DNA from: Mobula birostris
Lineage: Eukaryota
DNA: 64,000 bases
Reading direction: 5' to 3'
Assembly: GCF_030028105.1 (NCBI RefSeq)
Contig: NC_092379.1
Span: 47,850,150-47,914,149, forward strand
Each line of letters opens with the position of its first letter. The first letter of the stretch is position 1. Shown here in pieces: positions 12,621-23,645 of this stretch. Under the pieces are notes generated by a model. The model was not told where the DNA came from. It was given only the letters and a program-made list of their open reading frames with translations, and made no database searches. The translations under genes were made by a program, and so were the position numbers.

Positions 12621-13024
12621 ATGTCACTGATGATAAATGTGATTGTGATTCTGGTTTAGATCCGTGTTTATTGAGTTTGTGATGTACTATTTATGATGAG
12701 CCAAAAGCTCATTTTCATAGCATTTATGCTCCTTGCCCGTACGCCAATAAACTTGATTCTAGGTTCATGTATTATCAAAGTATGTATACAGTATAGTATA
12801 CAACCCTGAGAATATTCTTCTCCCACCCCCACGATATCCCCCCCACATGAAACACAGAGAACATCGACCCCCAGACCCCAATCCCACACAAAACACAAAG
12901 AGAACATCGACTCCCCAAATCCTCCTCCCCTACACAAAACAACGAGAAAGAGCTGGTGGAAACACAGAATATAAAAACTATAAAACTGAAAAAGAAGTCC
13001 ACAATCCATATCGATTTCCTTCAC

Positions 13025-13350
13025 TCCTTTAATCCTTTGGGCCAGTCCAGTCTAAATCTTCCTGGTGGGATATGGGAGCAAACAGGAGCGCCCGGTGGGA
13101 TATGGAGGAAATGGCACCCGGTGGGATATGGGTTGAAACGGGAGCACCCGGTGGGATATGGGTTGAAACGGGAGCACCCGGTGGGATATGGAGGAAATGG
13201 GAGCTCCGGTGAGATACCGGAGTACCAGGTGGAAGACCCATATGGTCACAGGATGAGCTTGCAAACTCCACACAGATCGCACCTGAGGTGAGGATTGAAC
13301 CCAGGTTACTGGAGTTGTCAGACAATCGCTCTACCCTCTCTGCTACTGTG
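13025..13350 (-). mobile_element. HE1-like SINE with an internal tandem expansion (13061-13210)
   Basis: GGATTGAACCCAGG B-box on the minus strand and SINE body GGTCACAGG...CAAACTCCACACAGA; five CCCGGTGGGATATGG units. Confidence 0.7.
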
Positions 13351-14715
13351 CAGACTTGTGCCAGCTCCTTCTCGGCTTCCACACTTGCTTCAAATTACTG
13401 AACTTGCAGATGTAACAGAACACCATCGACCTTAATCTGCTTCAGCAGAATTGGCCTGAGGTGCTGTAGTTTCCATTTCAGTACTGAATACAACTTCCTG
13501 TTCGGTCCCAAGCTGATCCAGGTAAAAATCTTTGAATATATTTGCATTCAAGATTCAAGTACATTTATTATCAGAGAATGTATAAATTATACACCCTTGG
13601 GATTTGCTCACAGGTCGCCACAAAGCAAGAAACCTGAAAGAACCCAGTTAAGAAAAAAGACTAAAAAATAAAAATAAAAGACCACCACTCGATACAAAAG
13701 AGAAAAAACACAAATCATGCGAACGATTGGAGCGAGCGACAGCAATATGAACTGAAACCGAGTCCTCAGATCTGAATGCTGGAGTAGCCCAGTAGAGTAG
13801 GCCCAAAGCCTCCTTCATCAATTTATCAGATTAGCTGGCACGGAGCACAGCAGCTGGGGCCATTGTCATAGCCTCAGTGCTGTGGAGAGAGGAGTGGCCA
13901 TCGTGGAGAGCGGTCCTCACCTCTTACATCTATGCATCATGAATGTTAGGTATGTGTGGAGCAGGAATGCCAACAGGGTGGCAAGACCGAACACTTTTAC
14001 TGAGTCAGGTTAACCACGGTACTCGCAAGGCAACTTGACGCAACTACACCTGAGATGAAAGCGTGCAGACTTGACAACCGCGTAAAGAGAGAGGGGCCTT
14101 CCACACACAGGAAGCCTAACTAAGTCACCACTCGATGTGAGAACTCGTGACCGCGAGGGCTTGCCTCCAGGTGCACCGGCCTCTTCCCACAGTCCAAAGG
14201 TGTAATGGATAGGTCATTGTAAACTGTCCCGTGATCAGACTCCGGTTAAATCGTTGCTTGCTGGCTGTGTGGCTCAAAGGGCCTATTTCACGTAGTAGCT
14301 CAATGAATAGATAGATAGATAGGAAAGAGACAGGTGTTATTGGCTTGCCAGGCAGAGTAACTTAAAGCCAAGTTCTTTTACATTGTTCAAGACGTCAGCT
14401 TTCTTTGTGTGTTGCTGTGCTGGAGATCGTCGTGCAGCAAGGAAGGTTTTATAAGCTGCTTTTCCCTCCCGCTTGTGAAACCTCCTGCTCCGGACAGCAG
14501 CGAGACTGTGGAACTTGCAAGCATGGGCAGTGGCCGGGAGGAGGCAAGCTCAGTGCAGCGGGAAGGCAGGAAGGCAGGAACAGGAGGATGCCAGGCTCCC
14601 TCAGTACACAACCATGGGCAGAGGGCCAGGCTTACCTCCCTGGCCGGTGCATCCACTGAACCCTGCAGATTGGAAGGAAGCCATTCAGCCCAGAGGGCCA
14701 GTGCTGCCTTTAAGA

Positions 14716-15030
14716 CATAGACCATTCAGCCCATCGAGTCTGCTCCATCTTTCCATCATGGCTGATTTATTATCCCTCTCAACCCCATTCTCCTGCCTTC
14801 TCCCTGTAACCTTACTAATCAAGAACCTACTAATTTCCACTTTAACTCTACCCATGTCTTAGTCTCCAACACCATCTGTGACAATGAATTTCACAGCATC
14901 ACCCCCCTCTGGGTACAGAAAGTCCTCCTCATCTTGTTCTCAGGGGTCAACCTTCTATTCTGAGGCTGTGCCCCCTGGTCCTAGGCTCTCCCACATCCAC
15001 TCTATCAGGGCCTTTCAACATTCGAAAGGC
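14716..15030 (-). mobile_element. CR1 3' tail fragment
   Basis: CCATTCAGCCCATCGAGTCTGCTCC...ATGGCTGATTTATTATCCCTCTCAACCCCATTCTCCTGCC, as in other CR1 3' ends. Confidence 0.8.
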
Positions 15031-15589
15031 TTAATGAGCTGTTTGCTACAGGTTGTCCAGTCAATTATATTCCCCTACCCCAGAACATAAAGCCTTGTTT
15101 GCACCGTGCTCTATTTATTGTTCGCACCTACACAGCTCGCTCTGTGATGAAGCTGGTGTATGTGGCAATAACTCGATCAGGCATTGAATCATAAACAGCA
15201 GAGAACAGGAACAGACCCTCCATCACATCATGTCTGTGCCAGTCACTGTGATGGTCTCACTAATCCCATCGGGCTGCACGTTCTCCATATCCCTCTCGTC
15301 CTGGACTAGTGACAGGTCTGTGTAAGCACCTCTTAAATGTTGTATTAGGTTCCATCATTTCCCAGCTGCACATTCCAGATGTCTGCCACCCCCTGTGTAA
15401 AACAAACACTTTTGCCCTGCATATCTCCTGTAAACGGATCCTCTCTCGCCTGGAAGCCATGCTCTCTCGTATTTGACATCTCCACTCTGGGCAAAACGAC
15501 TCCATCTATCCCATCTAGAATAAAGTTTGTTTATGGAGTGTACATCGAAACCAACAGTGAAACGACGTCAGGAACGTCAACGACTCATC

Positions 15590-15830
15590 ATGGTAGCGTA
15601 GTGGTTAGCACGATTACAGTACCCACGACCCGGGTTCACTTCCCGTCGCTGTCAGTAAGGGGTTTGTACGCTCTCTCTGTGACCGCGTGGGTTTCCTCTG
15701 GGTTCACCCCTGACCCCCACCCCCACAGTCCAAAGGCCTGCCGGGTGGCAGGGTTGTAAATTGTCCCATGATTAGGCTAGGACTGCTGTGCAGAAAGGCC
15801 TATTCTGTGCTGTATCTCAATACGTAAATA
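15590..15830 (+). mobile_element. HE1-like tRNA-derived SINE
   Basis: TAGCGTAGTGG A-box, GGGTTCACTTCC B-box, body TTTGTACG...GACCGCGTGGGTTTCCTCTGGG...CCCACAGTCCAAAG, and a CR1-like tail. Confidence 0.8.
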
Positions 15831-15886
15831 TTTTATAATTTTATAACCGTTGCTCAGCCTCCAACGCCGCAGAGGAGGCAAATCCA

Positions 15887-18800
15887 CACCCCTACCTGCT
15901 CCAGGTTTCCTTACTCCTTCCTGCTCCAGATTTCCTCACCGCTACCTGCTCCAGATTTCCTCACCCCTACCTGCTCCAGATTTCCTCACCCCTACCTGCT
16001 CCAGATTTCCTCACCCCTACCTGCTCCAGATTTCCTCACCCCTACCTGCTCCAGGTTTCGTCACCTCTCACTGCTCCAGGTTTCATCACCCCTCCCTGCT
16101 CCAGGTCTCGTCACCCCTCCCTGCTCCAGGTTTCATCACCCCTACCTGCTCCAGATTTCCTCACCCCACCCTGCTCCAGATTTCCTCACTCCTACCTGCT
16201 CCAGATTTCCTCACCCCTACCTGCTCCAGATTTCCTCACCCTACCTGCTCCAGGTTTCATCACCCCTCCCTGCTCCAGGTTTCGTCACCCCTCCCTGCTC
16301 CAGGTTTCGTCACTCCTACCTGCTCCAGATTTCCTCACCCTACGTGCTCCAGATTTCCTCACCCTACCTGCTCCAGGTCTCGTCACCCCTACCTGCTCCA
16401 GATTTCCTCACCCTACCTGCTCCAGGTTTCATCACCCCTACCTGCTCCAGGTTTTGTCACTCCTACCTGCTCCAGATTTCCTCACCCTACGTGCTCCAGA
16501 TTTCCTCACCCTACCTGCTCCAGGTCTCGTCACCCCTACCTGCTCCAGATTTCCTCACCCTACCTGCTCCAGGTTTCATCACCCCTACCTGCTCCAGATT
16601 TCCTCACTCCTACCTGCTCCAGGTCTCGTCACCCCTACCTGCTCCAGGTTTCCTCACTCCTACGTGCTCCAGATTTCCTCACCCTACCTGCTCCAGGTTT
16701 CATCACCCCTCCCTGCTCCAGGTTTCGTCACCCCTACCTGCTCCAGGTTTCGTCACCCCTACGTGCTCCAGGTTTCCTCATTCCTACCTGCTCCAGGTTT
16801 CGTCACCCCTACCTGCTCCAGGTTTCCTCACTCCTTCCTGCTCCAGGTCTCGTCACCCCTCCCTGCTCCAGGTTTCATCACCCCTCCCTGCTCCAGGTCT
16901 CGTCACCCCTACCTGCTCCAGGTTTCATCACCCCTACCTGCTCCAGGTTTCCTCATTCCTACCTGCTCCAGGTTTCATCACCCCTACCTGCTCCAGGTCT
17001 CGTCACTCCTTCCTGCTCTAGGTTTCGTCACCCCTACCTGCTCTAGGTTTCGTCACCCCTACCTGCTCCAGGTCTCGTCACTCCTTCCTGCTCTAGGTTT
17101 CGTCACCCCTACCTGCTCCAGGTTTCGTCACCCCTCCCTGCTCCAGGTTTCGTCACCCCTACCTGCTCCAGGTTTCGTCACCCCTACCTGCTCCAGGTCT
17201 CGTCACCCCTCCCTGCTCCAGGTTTCGTCACCCCTACCTGCTCCAGGTCTCGTCACCCCTACCTGCTCCAGGTCTCGTCACCCCTCCCTGCTCCAGGTTT
17301 CGTCACCCCTACCTGCTCCAGGTTTCGTCACCCCTACCTGCTCTAGGTTTCGTCACCCCTCCCTGCTCCAGGTTTCGTCACCCCTTCCTGCTCTAGGTTT
17401 CGTCACCCCTACCTGCTCCAGGTTTCGTCACCCCTACCTGCTCCAGATTTCCTCACCCCTCCCTGCTCTAGGTTTCGTCACCCCTACCTGCTCCAGGTTT
17501 CGTCACCCCTCCCTGCTCCAGGTTTCGTCACCCCTACCTGCTCCAGGTTTCGTCACCCCTACCTGCTCTAGGTTTCGTCACCCCTACCTGCTCCAGGTTT
17601 CGTCACCCCTACCTGCTCTAGGTTTCGTCACCCCTACCTGCTCCAGGTTTCGTCACCCCTACCTGCTCTAGGTTTCGTCACCCCTTCCTGCTCCAGGTTT
17701 CGTCACTCCTCCCTGCTCCAGGTTTCGTCACCCCTACCTGCTCCAGGTTTCGTCACCCCTACCTGCTCCAGGTCTCGTCACCCCTCCCTGCTCCAGGTTT
17801 CGTCACCCCTACCTGCTCCAGGTTTCGTCACTCCTCCCTGCTCTAGGTTTCGTCACCCCTACCTGCTCCAGGTTTCGTCACCCCTACCTGCTCTAGGTTT
17901 CGTCACCCCTACCTGCTCCAGGTTTCGTCACCCCTACCTGCTCCAGGTTTCATCACCCCTACCTGCTCCAGGTTTCGTCACCCCTACCTGCTCCAGGTTT
18001 CGTCACCCCTCCCTGCTCCAGGTTTCGTCACCCCTACCTGCTCCAGGTTTCGTCACCCCTCCCTGCTCCAGGTTTCCTCATTCCTACCTGCTCTAGGTTT
18101 CGTCACCCCTCCCTGCTCCAGGTTTCGTCACCCCTACCTGCTCCAGGTTTCGTCACCCCTCCCTGCTCCAGGTTTCGTCACCCCTACCTGCTCCAGGTTT
18201 CGTCACCCCTCCCTGCTCCAGGTTTCGTCACCCCTACCTGCTCCAGGTTTCGTCACCCCTACCTGCTCTAGGTTTCGTCACCCCTACCTGCTCCAGGTTT
18301 CGTCACCCCTACCTGCTCTAGGTTTCGTCACCCCTACCTGCTCCAGGTTTCGTCACCCCTACCTGCTCTAGGTTTCGTCACCCCTTCCTGCTCCAGGTTT
18401 CGTCACTCCTCCCTGCTCCAGGTTTCGTCACCCCTACCTGCTCCAGGTTTCGTCACCCCTACCTGCTCCAGGTCTCGTCACCCCTCCCTGCTCCAGGTTT
18501 CATCACCCCTACCTGCTCCAGGTTTCGTCACTCCTCCCTGCTCTAGGTTTCGTCACCCCTACCTGCTCCAGGTTTCGTCACCCCTACCTGCTCTAGGTTT
18601 CGTCACCCCTACCTGCTCCAGGTTTCGTCACCCCTACCTGCTCCAGGTTTCATCACCCCTACCTGCTCCAGGTTTCGTCACCCCTACCTGCTCCAGGTTT
18701 CGTCACCCCTCCCTGCTCCAGGTTTCGTCACCCCTACCTGCTCCAGGTTTCGTCACCCCTCCCTGCTCCAGGTTTCCTCATTCCTACCTGCTCTAGGTTT

Positions 18801-19026
18801 CGTCACCCCTACCTGCTCCAGGTTTCATCACCCCTACCTGCTCCAGGTTTCGTCACCCCTACCTGCTCCAGGTTTCGTCACCCCTCCCTGCTCCAGGTTT
18901 CCTCATTCCTACCTGCTCTAGGTTTCGTCACCCCTACCTGCTCCAGGTTTCCTCATTCCTACCTGCTCCAGGTTTCATCACCCCTACCTGCTCCAGGTCT
19001 CGTCACTCCTCCCTGCTGCAGGTTTC
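15887..19026. repeat. 25-bp minisatellite, ~125 copies
   Basis: Unit CCCCTACCTGCTCCAGGTTTCGTCA. The 5' part has AGATTTCCTCA and 24-bp variants; the 3' part contains a 700-bp higher-order duplication. Confidence 0.98.
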
Positions 19027-19480
19027 AAACAACACATGAAGGTGCTGGAGGAACTCGGGGTCAGGCAGCAATGACCGAGGAAAATGGACTGTCCCCCGCC
19101 ACGGGTCGGGACCCTTCATGATGCAGATTCCGGTGCGTGCAGCCTCTGACATCTCCTGGCTTAGAACGCGCCTGTCAAATCTCCACTCAGTCTCAGGTGT
19201 AGTCAGAACCCCAGCGTCACCGATCTTTCAGTCGTGACCCTTGCAGTTCAGGCGTTAGTTTGTAACTGTAACACTATTTTCCTGTTTTCTGTTGTTGATT
19301 TTCCATTTGTACCATCTCGATGGCCTGGCTGGATTTGTTTTTCCCCCTTTTTTTTTGTTTATTTTTGTCACACAGCAGCAGATCAGACCATTACACAGTA
19401 TTGAGGTAGGCAAGGTAAAACAATAACAATGCGGAATAAAGTGGAAGTGCACTGTAGATAAACAAGAAAGTGCAAGATCG

Positions 19481-20582
19481 TAAACAAGAGGGAATCTGCA
19501 AATGCTGGAAATCCAGAGCAACAGACACACAAAATGCAGGAGAAACTCAGCAGGTCAGGCAGCATCTGTGGAACAGTCGGATGTTTCGGGCCGGAATCCA
19601 TCATCAGGACTGGATTGAAGAGGTGAGGTCAGGGTAAGAAAGTGTGTGGGAGGAGGAGCAGAATGTGATGGGTGAAACCAGGAGAAGGGGAGGAGAGAAG
19701 TAAAGAACTGGGAAGTTGATTGGTGAAAGAGATAGCGGGCTGGAGGAGGGGAGATCGGATAGGAGAGGGCAGAAGGCCATGGAAGAGGTTGAACAAGTTG
19801 GATCTTTATTCTTTGGAGCGTAGAAGGTTGAGGGGGGACTTGATAGAGGTGTTTAAAATTATGAGGGGGATTGATAGAGTTGACGTGGATAGGCTTTTTC
19901 CATTGAGAGTGGGGGAGATTCAAACAAGAGGACATGAGTTGAGAGTTAAAGGGCAAAAGTTTAGAGGTAACATGAGGGGGACTTCTTTACTCAGAGAGTG
20001 GTAGCTGTGTGGAACGAGCTTCCAGCAGAAGTGGTTGACGCAGGTTCGATGTTGTCGTTTAAAGTTAAATTGGATAGATATATGGACAGGAAAGGAATGG
20101 AGGGTTATGGTCCGAGTGCAGGTCGGTGGGACTAGGTGAGAGTATGAGCTTGGCACGGACTAGAAGGGCCGAGATGGCCTGTTCCCGTGCTGTAGTTGTT
20201 ATATGGTTATAGGGTTGGGGGGGGGTGATGGGCAGATAAAAAGATAAGGTGAGAGGGGGAGATGGGAATGCTGAAGATGTGGGGTGGGGGGGGGGTGGAA
20301 TGCCAGAAGTTCGAAAATCAATTTTCATGCCATCAGGTTGGAGGCTACCCAGACGGAACACGAGGTGTTGCTCCTCCAATCTGAGTTGTCCCCTCATCGC
20401 GTCAGTAGAGGAGGCCATGGATAGACACATCGGAATGGGAATGGGAATTAAAGTAAGCGGCCACCGGGAGATCCTGGTTTTCACCTCGGGGACGTAGGTG
20501 CTCGGCGAAGTGACGCCGGGCCTCACCGGGCGCACCGGATACAGTGGATGACACTAACAGACTCACAGGTGAAGTGTCGGCT
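19481..20582 (-). mobile_element. Penelope-like element (GIY-YIG remnant plus terminal repeat) interrupted by a CR1 fragment
   Basis: Minus ORF GQLRLEEQHLVFRLGSLQPDGMKIDF. Terminal repeat at 19481-19612 carries a hammerhead-like core. Confidence 0.85.
19784..20211 (+). mobile_element. young CR1 3' fragment nested in the Penelope element
   Basis: RLNKLDLYSLERRRLRGDLIEVFKIMRGIDRVD...QTRGHELRV; tail GGCCTGTTCCCGTGCTGTAGTTGTTATATGGTTATA. Confidence 0.9.
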
Positions 20583-21429
20583 CGCCGTATCAGGCAGATT
20601 GTGAGGTCAAGAGAGAATCTTATTGTTCAAAGTAAAGTAATTATCTTAGTATGTACACCATAATCTATCAACCTTGAGATTCGTAGTCTTGCCGGAGCCC
20701 GCAGAACAGTAAAGTCAACGAAAAAAAAGACACAACAAAGGCCGACAAACGTCAGATGTGCAAACGGGGACAAATCGAGCAAACAGTAAAAAAGTAGATA
20801 ATTAATGAAAAGAACGTGGAAGTGCGGAGTCGATGGAAGTGAGTGCGGGGTCGGTTCGGCGCCGAGGCGGGCCAAGCCGGTCCACAAGCCCGGCCACGGC
20901 CAGAGCAACGGCTGACCCGAACCTGGCGGCGTGGGAGCCGAGACTCTAGCACCTCCCGCCCGGTGGCAGTAGCGAGAAGAGAGGGAGGCGGCTCAAATGC
21001 AGGCAGCCGAGCTCAGGTAGGGAATTACTGTACCAGGGAACCAGTGGGGTGGAGACTGTCCTTGGGCCTGCAGGGATGTGCTTTCGGCCTTCTTGTGTCT
21101 CCTGCCCGATGGGAGAGGGGTTTCAGGGGGTGTGGGGGTGGGTCTTTGCTTATATTGGCTGCTTTACTGAGGCAGAGGGAAGTATTGAAGAGGATCAGTA
21201 GAGGGGTGATTTGTTTCCGTTATGGGCGGTGCTGTGTCCATAACTCCCAGTGGTTTGTTGCGGTCACAGCAGACCGTGATGTGTCCAGAAGGACGCTTTC
21301 GATGGGGCATCATTAATTGGCTCTGTACCTTGATACGGGTGGCAAAGCAATCCAACTACCAGTTATTGTCCCGTCCATTTCTGCTGGGCCGGTTCTTCAG
21401 CGGTCAGTTAAAGACTCAGCGTAATATGT

Positions 21430-22100
21430 CACATTATAGACAATAGGTGCAAGGGTGGACCATTCGAGCCAGCACTGCCATTCACTGTGATCATGGCTGA
21501 TCATTCACAATCAGTACCCCGTTCCTCCCTTCTCCCCGTATCCCTTGACTCCGCTATCTTTAGATTAGATTCAACTTTATTGTCACTGTGCCGAAGACAG
21601 ATACAAAGCCAATGAAATGCATTTAGCATCTGACCAGAAATGCAAAGAATAGTGTTATTTACAAAATAACTGCGAATAAAAAAAGTGCTAAAGCACACAA
21701 ATATAAAAGTACTGAGACAGTACAACATGGGTGCAATACTGCTTAGCGCTGTGATGAGAGATTCAGCGGTGTCACAGCCTCAGAGAAGAAGCTCTACCTA
21801 TCTCTTGAAAGCATCCAGAGAATTGGCCTCCACTGCCCTCTGAGGCAGAGCATTCCACAGATTAATTATGAACGTGTCATAATTAAAACCATAAGATACA
21901 CAGGAGCAGAATTCGGCCATTTGGCCCATTGTGTGCCCCACCATTCGATCACGGCTGATTGATTCTCCCCCTTAACCCCATTCTCCTGCCTTGAGTCCTT
22001 ATTAATCTCCACTTTCAATATACCCAGTGACTTGGTCTGCGCGGCCACCCATGGCCAAGAATTCCACAGGTACAGCATCCTCTGGCTAAAGAAATTCCTC
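21430..22100 (-). mobile_element. CR1 3' fragments with a nested Rex-type tail (~21560-21795)
   Basis: MRNFFSQRMLYLWNSWP on the minus strand. A TTAGATTAGATTCAACTTTATTG tail interrupts the first fragment. Confidence 0.7.
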
Positions 22101-22524
22101 ACATCTTCTACATGCTTGGATTCTGATATGATGAAGACTTGATTTGTCAGTCTACCCCGTCATGTCCTTTGCATCGTTGTGTCTACCTGCACTGCACGTT
22201 CTCTGCAGCTAAACTGTGACGTGGCTAATCTGATCATGCTCTTCCCTTTCCTACCAGCTCAATGTAACGACGTTGGGCAATGATTTGCATGGTTGGCATG
22301 CAAAGCAAAGCTTTTCGGTTTACTGCGGAGAACGTGAGGAAAATAAACCTTACATCTCACAGCACCAGGGTCGGGAACATTTATTCCCTTTCAGTAATCA
22401 GACTGCTGAACCAGCGTGGGTAACTTCACTCACCTCAACACTGAAATGATTCCACAATCTACAGTCTGACCTTCGAGCACTCTACAATTCATGTTCTCAG
22501 TATTAGCTATTTTTTTGATTTGTA

Positions 22525-22997
22525 CCAAGAGGACTCTCTGATCTACGGGCTGTTCCCGGGGACGCACACGGAGACCGACATCCGGTACTGCTGGCAGATC
22601 ATCAACTCGGTGAAAGACGCTCTTTGGTCGGCCCGAAACTTGATGATCTACCAGCACATGGAGATGTCCGTGGGAGAATGCTGCCGACTGGCACATTCTC
22701 GGCTGTAGGAGTACGTGCTGAGGGACGCACTAAAACTCGATGCAGCCACCGCAAGGGCCCGGTGGGGAAGGCCCACGGTTTAGGTTTCTTCCGCAGGAGT
22801 GGGAGGGGTCAGGGGCGGGGAGTATACCCCTCAACAATGGTGTGGTAAGGTGAACCAACGGAGTGCCACGTGGGTGGTAGTAGTATCTATATGTAGAGAG
22901 CATAAGGGAAATATCTGTAAAGGATTGAGAGTCATTGAATGGTTTATTGTACATAATTTTATTTTTGAATAAAGTATATTTTGAAATATTAAAAAAT
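22525..22997 (+). mobile_element. Tx1/L1-group LINE 3' end
   Basis: LIYGLFPGTHTETDIRYCWQIINSVKDALWSARNLMIYQH...CCRLAHSRL, then AATAAA and an A-rich end. It splits a Rex-type tail. Confidence 0.8.
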
Positions 22998-23189
22998 TGT
23001 CTTCTTTTACACATTGGAGGTTTGTCGGTCTTTACAGTCCCCTCCCCCCCCACTTGTAAATGCCTGCAAGACAGTGAACCTCAAGGTAGTAAGTATATGG
23101 TGACATTTACAACATGTACTTTGATAATACATTTACCAAACTTGGTGAAGTCTATAGATCCCACCTGTATTTTAAACAACCTCAATGCC

Positions 23190-23645
23190 ACCACAGATGC
23201 TGCCTGGAGACGCAACAGAGACCGAGCTTGCTGGAAATTCCAGCAACGCACAAAGCTGCGGAGGAACTCAGCAGGTCAGGCAGCGTCGATGGAGGGAAAT
23301 GGGCAGTCAATGTTTAGGTGGAGACCCTTCATCAGGGATGGAAAGGAAGAGGGGAGATAGTCAGGAGACATGTGGGTCCAGGTGAGGGAGGGGAGAGTGG
23401 GAATGATCTCTGATGCTGGGACGAGAGAGACGGAAGGCCGAGGAATGTGGAGCATGGATAAGGGGAGGCAAACCAGTGGGAAGAGTGTGTGGATGATGGG
23501 CTGATGCAGAGGGTGGAGGAGGGGAGAGGGAGGCAGTGGTTGGGGCCAGAGAGAGAGAAGAGATGGGGTAGGAAATGCCACCCGAGTTGGTAAACTGCTC
23601 CACCAGTCAGCATCTCACTCAGGTTCCAGCATCTGCAGCATCTTG
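23190..23645. mobile_element. diverged Penelope-derived terminal repeat with inverted end
   Basis: GGAGGAACTCAGCAGGTCAGGCAGC...GAGACCCTTCATCAGG, purine tract, then inverted TTCCAGCATCTGCAG. Confidence 0.65.

Noticed and set aside
15850-17671. ~400-aa Pro/Cys-rich ORFs, and a CRISPR-like appearance
   Set aside because: The 25-bp unit is not a multiple of 3 and cycles through all frames. Units are head-to-tail with no unique spacers, there are no cas genes, and the context is eukaryotic.
20820-21010. CpG-rich patch that could be a promoter
   Set aside because: It lies within a Rex-tail-associated repeat body like those at 40.4-40.86 kb and 56.3-56.9 kb, and shows no clear promoter motif cluster.
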